From Lingula anatina (taxonomy: Eukaryota > Animalia > Brachiopoda), in NCBI GenBank assembly GCA_051362555.1, contig CM120642.1, positions 19,406,001 through 19,470,000 on the forward strand: DNA of 64,000 bases. The letters are read 5' to 3'. Positions 1 through 13,597 of this stretch are shown here, one piece after another; the first letter of the stretch is position 1; every line of letters starts with the position of its first letter. The notes below the pieces were generated by a model. The model saw only the letters and a program-made list of their open reading frames with translations. It did not search any database and had not been told where the DNA came from. The position numbers were made by a program, and so were the translations under genes.

Positions 1-1418
1 TATATAATATGTGATTTTGATATCGTTAAATTCAATGTATGTTTTTGTGGGGGGGGGGGGGGGGGGCATGTTTGATCAAATACTGCCATGAGCCAACATT
101 GGTTTAGATAAAACGTGTCCTCTTAAACATTTTTATTTCTATAAGTTGCGGTTTTGAACTATGATGTTTGAGAAGAGTGCCAATTAAATATTTGCGTACT
201 AAACATGAAAGCTTAAATTAAACTTCAGGGATCACCCACCTTTTATTTCAACCATAGTTAAATATGACTAGAAGGAATCGAATTAAATGTGTTGAAATAT
301 TCATTCAAAAGACAATTAAAAAAAGGAGAAGAGTAGATTTATTGGCGCCTCCTCTCCTCCACCACTTCCTGTGCTCAAGACTGACAAAGTTGCATGGTAA
401 GTCCCCCCATTTCAGAAACTTAAAATAATTATTGCAATCTAAATAAATACTTGTGGACTTCCTTGACAAGGTCATAGTTGAAATCAAACAACCCTTATTG
501 TTATTCCAAATTAAACACAATTTGGACTTTACTTCCTTTTACTTTAAATTGTATTTTATTCCCTTAGACCGCGGTTGTTTTTTACCAATATACATTTACT
601 AGCTTTTGTGGCAACAACTCATCGACATGAATATACGTGTACATGTGTATGCCTATCTGCTTATAGATATGCGTGGCTAAAAAAACGTGCTTGATTTATA
701 CCAGTGTACTTTTCAATTTTCAATGACATTTCATCAATTTTTCAATGCAAAAACACTTTTCGAGTGTGAATATGCTTTGATTGATGATGTCTGAATTATT
801 GACTACCATTTGATACAGTTTTCGTCATGTTAAACATCTAAAGCCTAGCTATTCAAAGGTTCACGTATTTTACAAGTTTGAGCTCAACTAGCAGATTAAC
901 GTTTTTTTTTTTTTATTTTGAGGCACTTCTACGACCAGCAACAATACCCCTTAGTATTTGCTTAAAATTCCAAGTAAAAGAAACAGGAAAAATCATTCAA
1001 AGCATATAAGGGTAATCGACTAAACTTATTACAAACAAAATCCCGAATGTTTTCAATGGTAGGGAATGTGTAATATGATGGTTAGCTGTCTTCCTCAAAA
1101 AGTTTAATTCTATCTAGTCTAAGCGTTTTCATTCTCTTCCATTGGTTCAAAGTCGAAAACTCCCTGCATTTTATTAAGACTTAAAGCTCCCTTCCATAAT
1201 AATCCAACAGTCACACTTGCCAATCTTTGCAATGTGTGTCAAGTCCAAGACGCTTTGGCAGACGTGTTACACCTTCGAGAATGCTTTTTCGTGATGTCGC
1301 TTTATTTTCTTTCACATGTCTTTATGTTTACCACTAAATAGGTTGTCGTCATTATATAGTGATAGTTTGATCACGAAGGGGCCTATATAACAAGGCACTT
1401 CAACTCGTTATATTCCAA

Positions 1419-1453
<35 letters not shown>

Positions 1454-3122
1454 CGAGTGTCTTTTTTTCAAAATCTGCCATGAACCAACATTGATTTTGA
1501 TAAAACGTGTCCTCTCAAACATTATTTCTATAAGTTGCGCTTTTTGGACTGTGATGTTTGAGAAGAGTGCCAATAAAATGTGTGTACCAAACATGAAAAC
1601 TTAAATAAAACTTCAAGGGATCATTCACCTTTTTTTTCAATCATAGACATTCCATAATAATAATAAAACAGTCACACTGGCCAATCCTTGCAATGAATGT
1701 CCAATCAAGGACGCTTTGGCATACGTGCTACACCTTATGGTTTGGCTTTATTTTCTTTCAGATGTCTTTGTGTTTATCAGTACTTATTTTTCGTCATTTC
1801 TTTGGTGGCAGTTAGATCACGCAGGAACCTAACTTACAGTTGATTTTGATCTCGTTAAATTCGAAATGTGTCTTATTCCAGAAGTAAAACAATTTGGACA
1901 TTATTTTAAATTTTGTTTTATTCCCCTACACTGCAGTCACTTTTTTATCAGTATACATTTATTAGCTTTTGTTGTAACATCTAATTTACATGTACATAGG
2001 TTTATCTACTGATAGATATGCGTGGTTTGATTTTATACAAGTGTACACTGTACATACCATTTTCAAGAACGTTTCATTTCAATTTTTACACGAAAACGCT
2101 TTTTTCGAGTTTGAATATGCTTCAGGCATTAGATTGGTGATGTCTTAATTATCGACTATCATTTTCGTCATGCCAAATATCTAAAGCTCAGCATACTAAA
2201 GTTTCACTTATTTTAAAAGTTTGATTTTGACTAGTAAGAGAACGTTTTTCTTTGGATGTACCACAGCAACGAGTCTCCTTAGTATTTTTTTTTAATTACA
2301 ATTAAAAGAAACATGAAAAATAATTTCAAACCATACCGTATGAGGGTACTTAACTAAACAAAAAAAATCTATAATGGTTAGGTATGTATAATATGATGGT
2401 CAGTTATCTTCTTCAAAAAGTTAAATTCTACCTTAGTCTAATCGTTTTTATTCTCTTCCATTGGTTCAATGTCTGCATTTTTTTCAAGACGCAAAGATCT
2501 ATTCCATAATAATAAAACAATCACACTGGCTAACTATTGCAATGCATGTCATATTACAGACGCCATGGCATACGTGCTACACATTATGTTTTGGTTGTTC
2601 GTGGTTTGGCTTTATTTCAGATGTCTTTGTGTTTATCTGTAATTCGTTTTTCATCATTTTTAGTGATAGTTAAATCTCTTTGGATCCTATATTGCAGGTG
2701 ATTTTGATCTAGTTAAATTCGAAATGTGTGTTTATGTGTGTGTAGGCAAGTGTTTATTCAAAATCTGCCAGGAGCCAACATTGATTTAGATAAAACGTTT
2801 CCCCTCGAACAGTATTATTTATATAAGGTGCGTTTTTGGACTATGATGTTTGAGTGGCAATCAAATGTTTGTATACCGAAGATGAAATTTGAACTTAAAC
2901 TGCAAGGGATCATTGAACTCTTATTTTAATCATAGTAAGACGGGTTTTTTTTACACATGACTCAAAGGAATCGAATTTAATAAGCAGAAATATCCGTTGA
3001 AAAGTCAATTAGAAAAATGACAGGAGTAGAAGATTTATCTGTGCCCCCTCTCCTCCACCACTTTCTGTACTCAAGATTGCTACAGTTGCAAAGTCAATCC
3101 CCTATTTCAGAATTTTATAATA
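1..3122. repeat. Complex diverged tandem array, block 1a (full monomer ~1.4 kb plus ~0.44 and ~0.86 kb deletion derivatives); probable Kolobok transposase fossil
   Basis: Landmark GATTTTGATCTCGTTAAATTC-like motif at ~13, 1400, 1842 and 2700. TCACAC(T)GGCCAATCC..GCATACGTG.TACACCTT core at ~1211, 1672 and 2521. A (GT)n or poly-G slot sits at the same position in the monomers. Confidence 0.9.
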
Positions 3123-3124
3123 GT

Positions 3125-3955
3125 GTGTTTGTTTGTTTATTTAAGTGACCTAAGTGACCTAATGCAAGTAATACAGTTACATTATTTTCTTTTTGCACCC
3201 AGCCCCAGTGGGCGTATAAGTCACTGTTTCATTCATGTTATTCTAATATATTAATGAACACAAAAATACATAAAAACAATAAATAATCTAAAAATAAACG
3301 TATAAATAGCAAAGCTGTACGTTCAACTAATAGTAACTATGTAAATATAAAACATTAATTACATACAAGTATAAATAATAGAATGCATATACAAACTAGG
3401 ACGTTACTCATTATTAATGAACTCTTTCCGTATCATATAGGTACGTTTAAATTAATTACTTATATAATTACTAAAATGTTTATATGTTTCTCCATTAATT
3501 TTTATGTTTCTGTGTCAAATTTTAGTTCAAAAAGTCTTAATCAGTTGCTGTTATTTTTGTCAACATCTCTTCTCTTATGTTATCGTAGGCTGCACATTCA
3601 AAAATATAATGCTTTTCATCCTCTATCACACAATGGGAAACCTTTTCTTCAAACTGCATAACTTTTGATTTCTTACTATTAATTTGCAGTCTCCATTTCA
3701 TGCAATAATCATATAAGGTATTCATAATAATGTTCATATCCTCCGGCGTTTCACTGAAAATAGCAATGTCGTCTGCGTACAGCAATATATCTAGTCTAAT
3801 GTCATCTACCATTACCCCTTTTCCAAGTGCTTTTATATCCTGAGTTAAATTATTTATGACAAGTGCAAATAAGGTAGGTGATAGGTTGTCACCTTGCCTA
3901 ACACCAGCCATCGTTTCAAACCAGTTTGTATTGTTTCCATTGAAATTTACACATG
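3125..3955 (-). mobile_element. Non-LTR retrotransposon (LINE) 3' fragment, internally deleted
   Basis: ORF 3537-4022 has RT motifs GVRQGDNLSPTLF and LLYADD fused directly to a zinc-knuckle remnant (CVIEDEKHYIFEC..Y..IR). AAATAAAC(AAAC)n tail at ~3125-3141 on the minus strand. Confidence 0.85.
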
Positions 3956-3959
3956 ACAT

Positions 3960-4138
3960 GGGGAAAACGCGGGAGTTCGTGCGTGATGAGCACGTCCATC
4001 GTGCGACTTTTGGAGGACGCAAACAGCACGTACAAACTTTTCGACATGATCAACAGCCGCTACGTGCGATCTAGCTACACCCTAGCCGAACGCAAGAAAC
4101 CTAAAACTGTGCGTCCAAAACGTAGCTGGGACCTAGGC
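3960..4138 (+). mobile_element. Isolated right end of the PIF/Harbinger family seen at 51635-55460
   Basis: 4035-4138 is nearly identical to 55357-55460 and ends in GGGACCTAGGC. Confidence 0.8.
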
Positions 4139-4143
4139 TGAAT

Positions 4144-5190
4144 TGCCCTTTCGTGCGACGTCTGAGCGGAGGTAGATGGTGACCTTGCAAAATCGCTTAG
4201 AGTCGTAATTGACAACTTTTATTAAATGGTAGGCGTCCGTAGACCGCATCGTTATAAATACGTCATTGTACGGGCATTGTACGTTGGATATCGGTTATCG
4301 CGAAACAACACAAGGCGATCCTGCGATACGGAGCTGCCAAAATTGATAAGCATTGATTACATTTGCCACGGGTGCTGCACGATGGAATTGTATACGATTT
4401 TCCGTACGATTTTTTTTTTCGAATCGTAAGTAGCCACGGGCAACGGCGCATACGTTTATAACGTGCGGGAGCCGTGCCATTTCTCTAACATGACCTCGAG
4501 GTCACGTGGAGGAAATCGTACTTAGTTTGAAAAAATATCGTCTCAATATCATTCTCAATGCAGATGCCCATACCTATTGCGCGCCTTCATTGAAAATTGA
4601 CACGCTGTCGGTGCAGCCCTCCTACGATTATTTTCAACCTTGTGTTTAGATCAAGTTCGCATTTATGCAAATAAATTACATCAAGGAGTTGTACAACATT
4701 TTAACATTTAAACATCTTCATTATTCTTATGCCTCCTAAACCACCAAATAAGGAAGGGAAAGAGACCAACAGCAGGTTAAACCATAATCACGATCATCGC
4801 AAGTCCACAGAACAATGCCCGTGTGGAAACTGCGCAATGCCATCTACGATATTGTTACGGCCTGCGGGCTTACGGTTAAAAAATTGTGAAAATTTTCAGC
4901 TTGACAAAATCGTAGAGGCTACGGAGGCGGTGAATCCGTTCGATTTCCTTCGATTTCGTACAGTCAGTGCTTGCCTCCGAACAGACACAGCACGAAAAGA
5001 GATTTTCGGGCAGTTAACGAGCAACGTACGGGCATGGCATGGCAAATGTAAACGGGTTCTCGTGGGCCTTTTATACTGTGTTCGAGCGCTTATCTTCATG
5101 TTATTCCTCATTTCTGTATTTTAGCTCTCTTTCAAATTTCGCCTTCGATTTAATAGAGTTTCTTTACATTTGTAGAAGTCATAGTGAAAC
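4144..5190. mobile_element. Probable non-autonomous DNA transposon fragment (CpG-rich)
   Basis: Abrupt CpG-rich block with recurring TACGAT/ATCGTA words. No termini or coding motifs recognised. Confidence 0.35.
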
Positions 5191-5199
5191 AGTGGATTT

Positions 5200-5409
5200 G
5201 AGGGGGTATACCTCTCTTAAATTTTAATAAATGGTACAAAATGTGTATATTTTCACCACTATTTTGTGTGTTTTAAACTATTAATCATGTTAGACACGGT
5301 ATCTGTAACAAGAATCACTATTTCTAACAATTCACAGCTGTGAGGTGATCATTTGTAAATAAAATTACATGGAAATAGGGGTGGGACAACCTTTTGACCA
5401 ATGTTGTAT
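5200..5409. mobile_element. Tc1/mariner-like terminal fragment
   Basis: Reverse complement begins TA-CAACATTGGTCAAAAGGTTGTCCCACCCC, which resembles a Tc1 TIR. No partner TIR in the window. Confidence 0.4.
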
Positions 5410-6412
5410 GTATTTTTATTCTACTTTACGGTCTTTATTCTAATCTATGTATTTATTACTCAGAAAAAGTTAAAAGGATTAAACATTTACCATGACATTT
5501 AAGGCGTGTTATCTGAGTTGTGATGATCTAAACTGAATATGTATTAACAAAAAATAATGGAAAAAAAACCTGCACCACCACTATTCCTTTTTAAGGCTTT
5601 GCCTATTATTCGACTGGAAATGGATACATGCAGCTAGATTAATAATGGATATCAATTTCGTTTCTTTCAGTTGAGTTTACCTGATTGATTTTCATTTTAC
5701 AGGTGTATCTTTGTTTAAGAATTCTAAATATGAACGGTTTCAGAAAGGCCAACAGGTATCGTTCAGAACTCTTACCTGTGTTGGAGCTACAGTTTTTCTG
5801 TCTAAAAGGGAGATCACTGGCCCCTCAGCTGCAAAGTCGATCTTGGACAAGTTGTTTTCCCTTAAAGACTTCTCTTCCACTGGTTCAAAGTCGAGAACTC
5901 CCTGCACTTTTATTTAGACTCAAAGATCTATCCCATAATGATAAAGCAGTCACACTGGCCAATCCATGTAATGCATGCCAAAAAAGGACGCTATGGCATA
6001 CCTGCTACACCTTAGGGATTGTTTTTTCGTGGTGTGGCTTTATTTCCTATAAGATATCTTTGTGTTTATCAGTAATAAGTTTTTTTATCATAATTTACAG
6101 ATAAATCAAGATGAAGTCTACATATATGACATATGGTTTTGATCAATACAATACAAAAACATTTTTCGAGTTTGAATATGCTTCAGGCAATTGATTGGTG
6201 ATATCTGAATTACCTGCTTTCATTTAATACGGACATCATGCAATGTAAATCATCTAATCATCATGGTTTTACAATTTTTTTTCGTGATGTCGCTTTATTT
6301 CCTTTCAGATGCCTTTGTGTTTATCACTTACTAGGTTTCCATCATTTTATAGCGATAGTTAGATCACGAAGGGGCCTATATTACAGGTGATTTTAAGCTC
6401 GTTATATTCCAA

Positions 6413-6463
<51 letters not shown>

Positions 6464-9190
6464 AAGTCTGCCATGAGCCAACATTGATTTAGATAAAACA
6501 GTCAATCCTCCCATTTCAGATATTAAAAATAAATATTGCTACGTTAACACATGCTTGTGGACTTCCTTGACAAGGTCATAATTGAAATCAAATAACTCTT
6601 ATTATTATTCCAGGGGAAAAAACAATTTGGACTTTGCTTCCTTTCAGTTAAAATTGTATTTTATTCCCTTTGACCGCAGTTATTTTTTACCAATGTACGT
6701 GTACTAGCTTTTTTGGCAACAACTCTTCTACATAAATTTACGTGTACATGTGTACGCCTATCTGCTTATAGATACACTGTATGCGTGTCTAAAAACGTGC
6801 TTGGTTTTAAAGAAATGTACTTTCAATTTTCAATGACATTTCATTAATTTTTCATTACAAAACATTTTCTAGTTTGACTATGCTTCAGGCAATTGATTGG
6901 TGATGTCTGAGTTACTTGCTTTTATTTGATACGGATTTCATCAAATGCCAAATATCTAATGCTCTTACCACGGTTTTACGTGTTTTACACGTTTGATTTC
7001 GACTAGCAAAATAGTTAAAATCTATCTTGGCCCAATCGCTTTTATTTTCTTCCATCGATACACAGTCGAGAACACCCTGCATTTTTATTTAGACATAAAG
7101 ATCTATCCCATAATAATAAAACAGTCACACTGGCCAATCCTTGAAATGAATGTCCAATCAAAGACGCTTTGGCATACGTGCATCACCTTATGGCTTGGCT
7201 TTAATTTCTTCCAGATGCCTTTGTGTTTATCAGTAGTTATTTCTCGTCATACTTTAGTGGTAGTTAGATCACGCAGGAACATGGCTTATGGTTGATTTTG
7301 ATCTCTTTAAATTCGAAATGTGTGCTATTCCAGAAGTAAAACAGTTTTGATTGATGTAAAATTTTATTTTATTCCCTTACACTGCAGTCACTTTTTATCA
7401 GTATACATTTATTAGCTTTTGTGCCATATCTTATTTACAAGTATATGGGTCTTTTCACTACTACCTATATGTGGTTTGATTTTATACAAGTGTACACTGT
7501 ACATATCATTTTCAAGAACGTTTCATTTAAATTTCAATGCAAAAACCCCTCTTTCGAGTTTGAATATGCTCCAGGCATTAGATTGGTGATGTCTGAATTA
7601 TCGACTACCATTTCATACGGTTTTCGTCATGTCAGACATTTAAAGCTGAGGGTCCTTTTTTTCTTTTGAGGTACGTCTACGCGCAGCAACAAGTACCCTT
7701 AGCATTTGCTTAAAATTTCAAGTAAACGAAACAAGAAAAATATTCCAAAGCATATAAGGGTACTTAACTAAACATATTACAAACAAAATCCCGAATGTTT
7801 TCAATGGTAAGGAATCTGTAATATGATGGTTAGCTGTCTTCCTCAAAAAGTTTAATTCTATCTAGTCTAATCGTTTTCATTCTCTCCCATTGGTTCGAAG
7901 TCGAAAGCTCCCTGTATTTTATTAAGACTTAAAGCTCCCTTCCATATTAATCTAACAGTAACACTTGCCAATCTTCGCAATGTGTGTCAAGTCAAGGACG
8001 CTTTGGCAGACGTGTTACACCTTTGAGATTGCTTTTTCGTGATGTTGCTTTATTTCCATTTACATGTCTTTGTGTTTACCACTAATTCGGTTGTCGTCAT
8101 TATATAGTGATAGTTAGATCACGAAGGGGCCTATATAACAGGTGATTTTCAACTCGTTATATTCCAAATGTGTGTGTAAACAATTAGAAATAAAGGACAA
8201 GAGAAGATTTATTGGCTCCCTCTCTCCTACTCCACATTCTGTGCTCAAGACTGACAAACTTCTTTGACGAGGTCTTAATTGAAATCAAATAACTCTTATT
8301 ATTATTCCAGAGGAAAAACAATTTGGACTTTGCTTCCTTTCAGTTTATATTGAATTTTATTCCCTAAGACCGCAGTTTTATTATTATTATTTTTTTTTTA
8401 TTTATTTATCTATTTTTACCAGTATACATTTACTAGCTTTTGTGACAGCAACTCATCTACATGAATATACGTGTACATGTGTACGCCTATCTGCTTATAG
8501 ATACACTGTATGCGTGGCTAAAAACGTGCTTGGTTTTATACAAGTGTACTTCTCAATTTTCAATGACATTTCATTAATTTTTCATTACAAAAAAAAATTT
8601 GAGTTTGAATAAGCTTCAGGCAACTGATTGGTGATCTACCTGCTTTTATTTGATACGGATTACATCCAATGCCAAACATTTAATGCTCTATCATGGTTGG
8701 CAAAAAGTCAATTTTCCCATTTCAGATATTCAAGATAAATATTACTATTTGAATACATACTTGTGGACTTCCTTGACATAATTGAAATCAAACTACTCTC
8801 ATTATTTTTTTTTTTTAATTTTTATTCTATTCCCTTAGATTGCAGTCACTTTTTTCTCAAAATACATTTAGTAGTGTTCGTGGCAACATCTATGTATATA
8901 TATTTAGGTCTATCTACTGATAGATATGCGTGGCTAAAACGCGCTTGAGTTTATACAGGCGTACATATCATTTTCAAGAACATTTCATTTCAACTTTCCA
9001 TACAAAGAGAATCAGTATTATTTATATAAGCTGCGTTTTTAGATAATGGTGTTTGACACAAGTACCAATGGATGTTATGCGTGCCAGAGATGAATTCTTA
9101 AATTAACATGTAAGGGATTATTCTCCAGATGTTTCAATCATAGTTACACCTTTTTTAACCAACCAGACTCGAAAAAATCAAAATTTCAAT
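5410..9190. repeat. Complex diverged tandem array, block 1b, with head segment
   Basis: Same modules as 1-3122 (cores at ~5950, 7123, 7960). Head 5410-5900 is homologous to 27045-27550 and 58209-58730. Confidence 0.9.
5702..5895 (+). pseudogene. Putative decayed KolX-like (P2X7 C-terminal-like) exon of a Kolobok element
   Basis: Follows acceptor TTTTCATTTTACAG. Across the three head copies and shifting frames it reads RKAY(R/K)...CWSYSF...PLSC...F(P/S)L.D...TG.K, resembling R..AYR...W.YG.LG...PSC...FP..G.YTGF. Recognised by eye only. Confidence 0.4.
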
Positions 9191-11603
9191 ACACTCTCAA
9201 AAACTTTTTCTTTCTTTTAATGATATTGTAACCTATTATTATTATCCAAATACCGATGTTTTTTCTGCATCTAATTATTCAATAATGCATCTATTTTTGC
9301 GCTGATTTAAAACAAATCACTTTGAAATATATAATATCGGCGTTTACAATTCTCGTTGCAATGTATGAGTATAGACAAGTCAAAGCTTTTTAAAATCATT
9401 AAAATCAACCATTTTAACGCCTTTCTATTTTGAGGTGAGATAGATTTGAATGGGGCGTGATTCCATCCCTGAATAATATTTAATCACGAAGATTGGCGGA
9501 GTTGACCACGAATTTATAGTCTAAAATCCCGTGCCGTCATTATGGTTTAAATGTTTTTGTTATAGAATTACATGTATGAGCCCCAATTTCCCGGTAACGA
9601 TAAAATCTGAATTGATGATTTTAAGAAAAATCACTGCCAGAATTTTGGAGTACTAAAGGAAGTCATTAAATAGGCTGAAATTAAATCGGTTAAAAAGGTG
9701 ATTGATGGTGCTCAAGTAAAATACAAATTTGAGAAACCAATATTTCAGTTTTTTCCCCAAAATTACAATTCAGATTACATGTGCAAATGTTAATTAATTT
9801 CGTCACTGAAGATTTATCTATTACCCAAAAGAATGTACGTAGGGCAGTAAAAAAAGGAGTTTGGGTAGGAGGGTGACAATGTCAAAGGCGATGTCAAAGC
9901 CACCTATGCAGCATTTGTTGCAGTCTGGGCAAAAGTTACTTTTTTAAATATAACTCTTCTTATCCCAAAACTAGATGGTCCTCTAATAATGAAGACTTAG
10001 GCAGCGTGGCAAAGATTTAGCTTCATTTCAGTGAAAAGCGTTTCGTTACACTTCTTATTTTGTATCTACATGTAGATGGCCCTCTGAGAGTCAAAACTTG
10101 TGACTCTGAGTCTTCTTAGTCCCACATGTGTGAAAGCTGTCGCAACACAATTCCGGTACATACTAAATATTGACGGTGAGTTATCAAAGAACACCTGAAG
10201 TGATGTTTCGAAAGTAACATAAACATAGACATGTATGGATAGGCAGTAACGTTAACATTATAAGCCGAATCAAATGTGAGAAATAGTTCGTATTGCATGG
10301 CTTTATCAGTGCATTTTGTATCGTTAAGGGAATATTTTGCTAAGTATTGGATGGAGGCAAGAGATTTTAGATGTATCATATTGCGTTACTTTATGCTTGA
10401 GGTGGAACCTTGAACTTTTCGTTTTAGTGAACGCTTGTACGTGATTTGTATAGATACTTACGAAGCATACACACACAAACACAAACATATATATATTTCG
10501 TCCTTGTTTTATTTAGTTTCCTAACAAAATAATTAACGGACTTCTGTTACACTGATTGTTTTCTCAATTTTTAATTTTCTCGAGTTTCGTGAAAAGAAAT
10601 CATATAATGAAAGAAAGTGACAATTTGCATTGTAATTGTTGTTTTGACTTATCAGAGCATTATAATAATAATACATATTTTGTGAAGATATGAGGTGTTG
10701 GTAGGAAGGGCCTTTAAGTGAGTGGGCGGCGGGTGAAAGCAAGCAGGGAAAATGAGCGACATGGGATGGGGGAGAAAGGGGGAATTGGCAAAAAGAGTAA
10801 TATATCAATTATCAATTAAGTATACGTTCAAAAAGGGTCAAAATGGTTCAAAAAGGGTCCCCTGGCCGCTGACGTGCTTGGCAAAGGAAGAGACCGAATT
10901 CCCGGCTCCTGCACAAATATCGTCTTACAATAATTTTTTTTTTAATTATACCAGAGGTGCACCGAATATATACAATTGTACTTTATTAGCTTTAACTGTA
11001 AGAAAAACTCTATCCTAAGTGAATTCCATTTCACCTTACATTCACTAGACTGGCCAAAGCCTCCAGATCAAAACAGTTTCAACTCCATGTAATATCCCTG
11101 TGACCTTTTGTGGAAAACCCATAATCACTTTTAAGTATTCATGGTGATATTAATATGTTCTTCTTAATCTGAAAGATTTACTCTCAAGATTACCATGCTC
11201 ATAGAGGAGATTAAAAGATTCACATTTTGGTCTGACAACTAAATATGTCCCACTGTAGAATTTTCATTCTAGTCACCACTCTGTCTGTCATTCAACTATA
11301 CTGTTTCAAACTAATGTAACGCCAATACAATCATCCAGTACAAATAGCAAAAAGGTTTCATAATAAGCTGTGGATGGCCATGGCAAAAATAAGCAATTTG
11401 GGGATTTTCTATCCCATGGAATATTGTATATTAGCCAACACTTACTTTTTTCTTAAAATAGCTTTTAGGGGCTTTTGCTTATCTTAATCTTATTGCATAC
11501 ATCTTTTCTTTTTCAATTTTCATTTACACATATTTGTATAACTTCCGTCTTTTGGTGGATCTTTCTTTAAATAAACTTATTAGTATTTATCATAGTTATT
11601 ATA

Positions 11604-13264
11604 CAGACTTGACATTTAATATGGAATATTTTTTTCGAAATAGTTTTTATCAGTTTTTTCCTATTTTGCTCACTGATAAATGAAAATAAGGATTAAAATC
11701 GTGTTTTAATAACTTTAAATTATCTCTTTGATGTCATTGTGACATCGGTTCATTAATGGAATTCGCCAGAGAAGCAAACAAAAACACATTGCCTACTCTA
11801 TGTCATACGACAACCATTAAAAGAGACATTTTGGATCTCCATATTTTACAAATTATCGTCTGTAAAAGGGTAATACGCTCCACAAAAGACCCTCATGTCA
11901 GTTGCTAGTCACAGTAATGGTCGTTGTAACGCCTGGCCTCTTCGTGGCTGTTGCCAGCGCTCTCAAACGGCAAGGCATTTCTTGGGGGTAGGTTTTTAGA
12001 GTTCAATCTGGAATAGCATTCCAGGCAACGGTCTAAAATTGTCCAATTTGGTCCAGTTTTGTTGTAGGACATGTAGGCAGTTGATTGGTGAGTAATGGTC
12101 TACCGAAACATTGTCTATGTGGTTCAAATGTGGCGATTTTGATGACCAGGGTAGCTGCTCATTCCCTTGGTTCTGTAAGTTATCTGCTATTAAAAGTGCT
12201 CTGTGTGAACCTGCAACCTCATCGTGCAACCTAGAATTGTTCCTAAGGTGCCCCCTATCAAATGATAGACAAGTGGTTCCGAGATTATTCCTTTATTTGA
12301 TCTGGTTCAGGTTTTCGTCGATGACTACCATTGGTGTTTTGGCACCAATGTGGAATCTACTCCAAATACTGACGCTGTCAATCACCCTTGTCACTTTAGA
12401 CCCGGCATATGCTTCGTCGTAGGCCTCTTCTGGATATCTGTAAACTCTGTTTTGACTAATTGGGCGGTACAGGTGAAATCTGACCTCAAAAAAGAAAGCC
12501 ACGCAGTTTCATTGTTCTACCCAGAATCGTTTATGGCCCCCAATTCATTAGAGAAACAGACGACGATGTTTTGCTGTATACAGTGGGTACCTCGGAGGTC
12601 ATTTGGTGTTCTTACCTGCTAAAACCAGTTTGGTGTTCGCTAAGGGCTTTAAAAAACGCATTTTAGTGACAATTTACCCCTCGTTCTGATCGGACTAAGT
12701 GTTTTTTGTTTAGTTGCAGCAGCGTATCCCGAAAGACAGTGGGTCCTGTACCCTGTAGGTAAAATTGTGATACATTGGGGGTGACCTCTGTGTAGGTACA
12801 TCAGTCTGGGCATTACTCTATAAATTTGTGGGGACCGTTCCGTTTGGCGCTATGATCTGTCTGGTTATGTCTGTCTTTTTCGCGCCATTCTGCCTTAGAT
12901 TAACAATTGTGTAATGCACTACTTGACTCATCTTACGCACTGCAAAACTGACCGCTTGCATGCAAAATTTCAAATTCTTCTATGCAGTAGTTGCCGAAAT
13001 ATGGATACTTTTTTGACAGAACCAAGCTTTGCCTAAGCCAAGCTTTGATCAGCCCAAAGGAACACTACCCAATTAAATCACTGCACATTACATAATGCAG
13101 CAGCGCTACAGGCATGAAAGTCAGTTAATTGGTAGTGACACACCTGACTGCACACTTTTACATTCACAAATCTTATATGAGATTGGATTTTTTTGAAAAA
13201 AGAACGTATTTTTACCTAGGTATACCTTCGAAACTGAAATATTCCATATTAAATGTCAAGTCTG
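11604..13264 (-). mobile_element. Full-length degenerate Tc1/mariner element
   Basis: TIRs CAGACTTGACATTTAATATGGAATA at both ends with TA on each side. Transposase remnants FFEVRFHL, SVSIWSRF and LPWSSKSPHLNHIDNV (cf. WPSQSPDLNPIENVW). Empty site in unit 2 at ~41415-41422. Confidence 0.9.
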
Positions 13265-13597
13265 TATAAAAACAAAAATGATAAAGAACAATACTGACAA
13301 TAAGCATTAAAAACAACATAATATACTCTCACTACTCCAGGAAATACTATTTGAAAAAAACTCATACATTGTGAACAACCTTAACATATGTTCTTCATTA
13401 AATTATTAAAAAACCTACATTTTTACTCATTTTCACGTTAACGACAGGTCTATTTCAAATATTTGGATTACACTGGTGTCAGAAATTCACTCCCCCTATA
13501 ATAAGCATGTACACAAGCATTTTTATCGGCAACCATAGATCTTCATGTCAGAGATACAAATAGACATTTACAACGTTAACTTTACTGCATTTCACAT

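Noticed and set aside
5776-5901. Minus-strand 126-nt open frame bounded by AG and CAG|GTAAG (GVLDFEPVEEK...VAPTQ) as a host exon
   Set aside because: No polypyrimidine tract, and the homologues at ~27437 and ~58597 have stops or frameshifts. The plus-strand KolX-like reading fits the context better.
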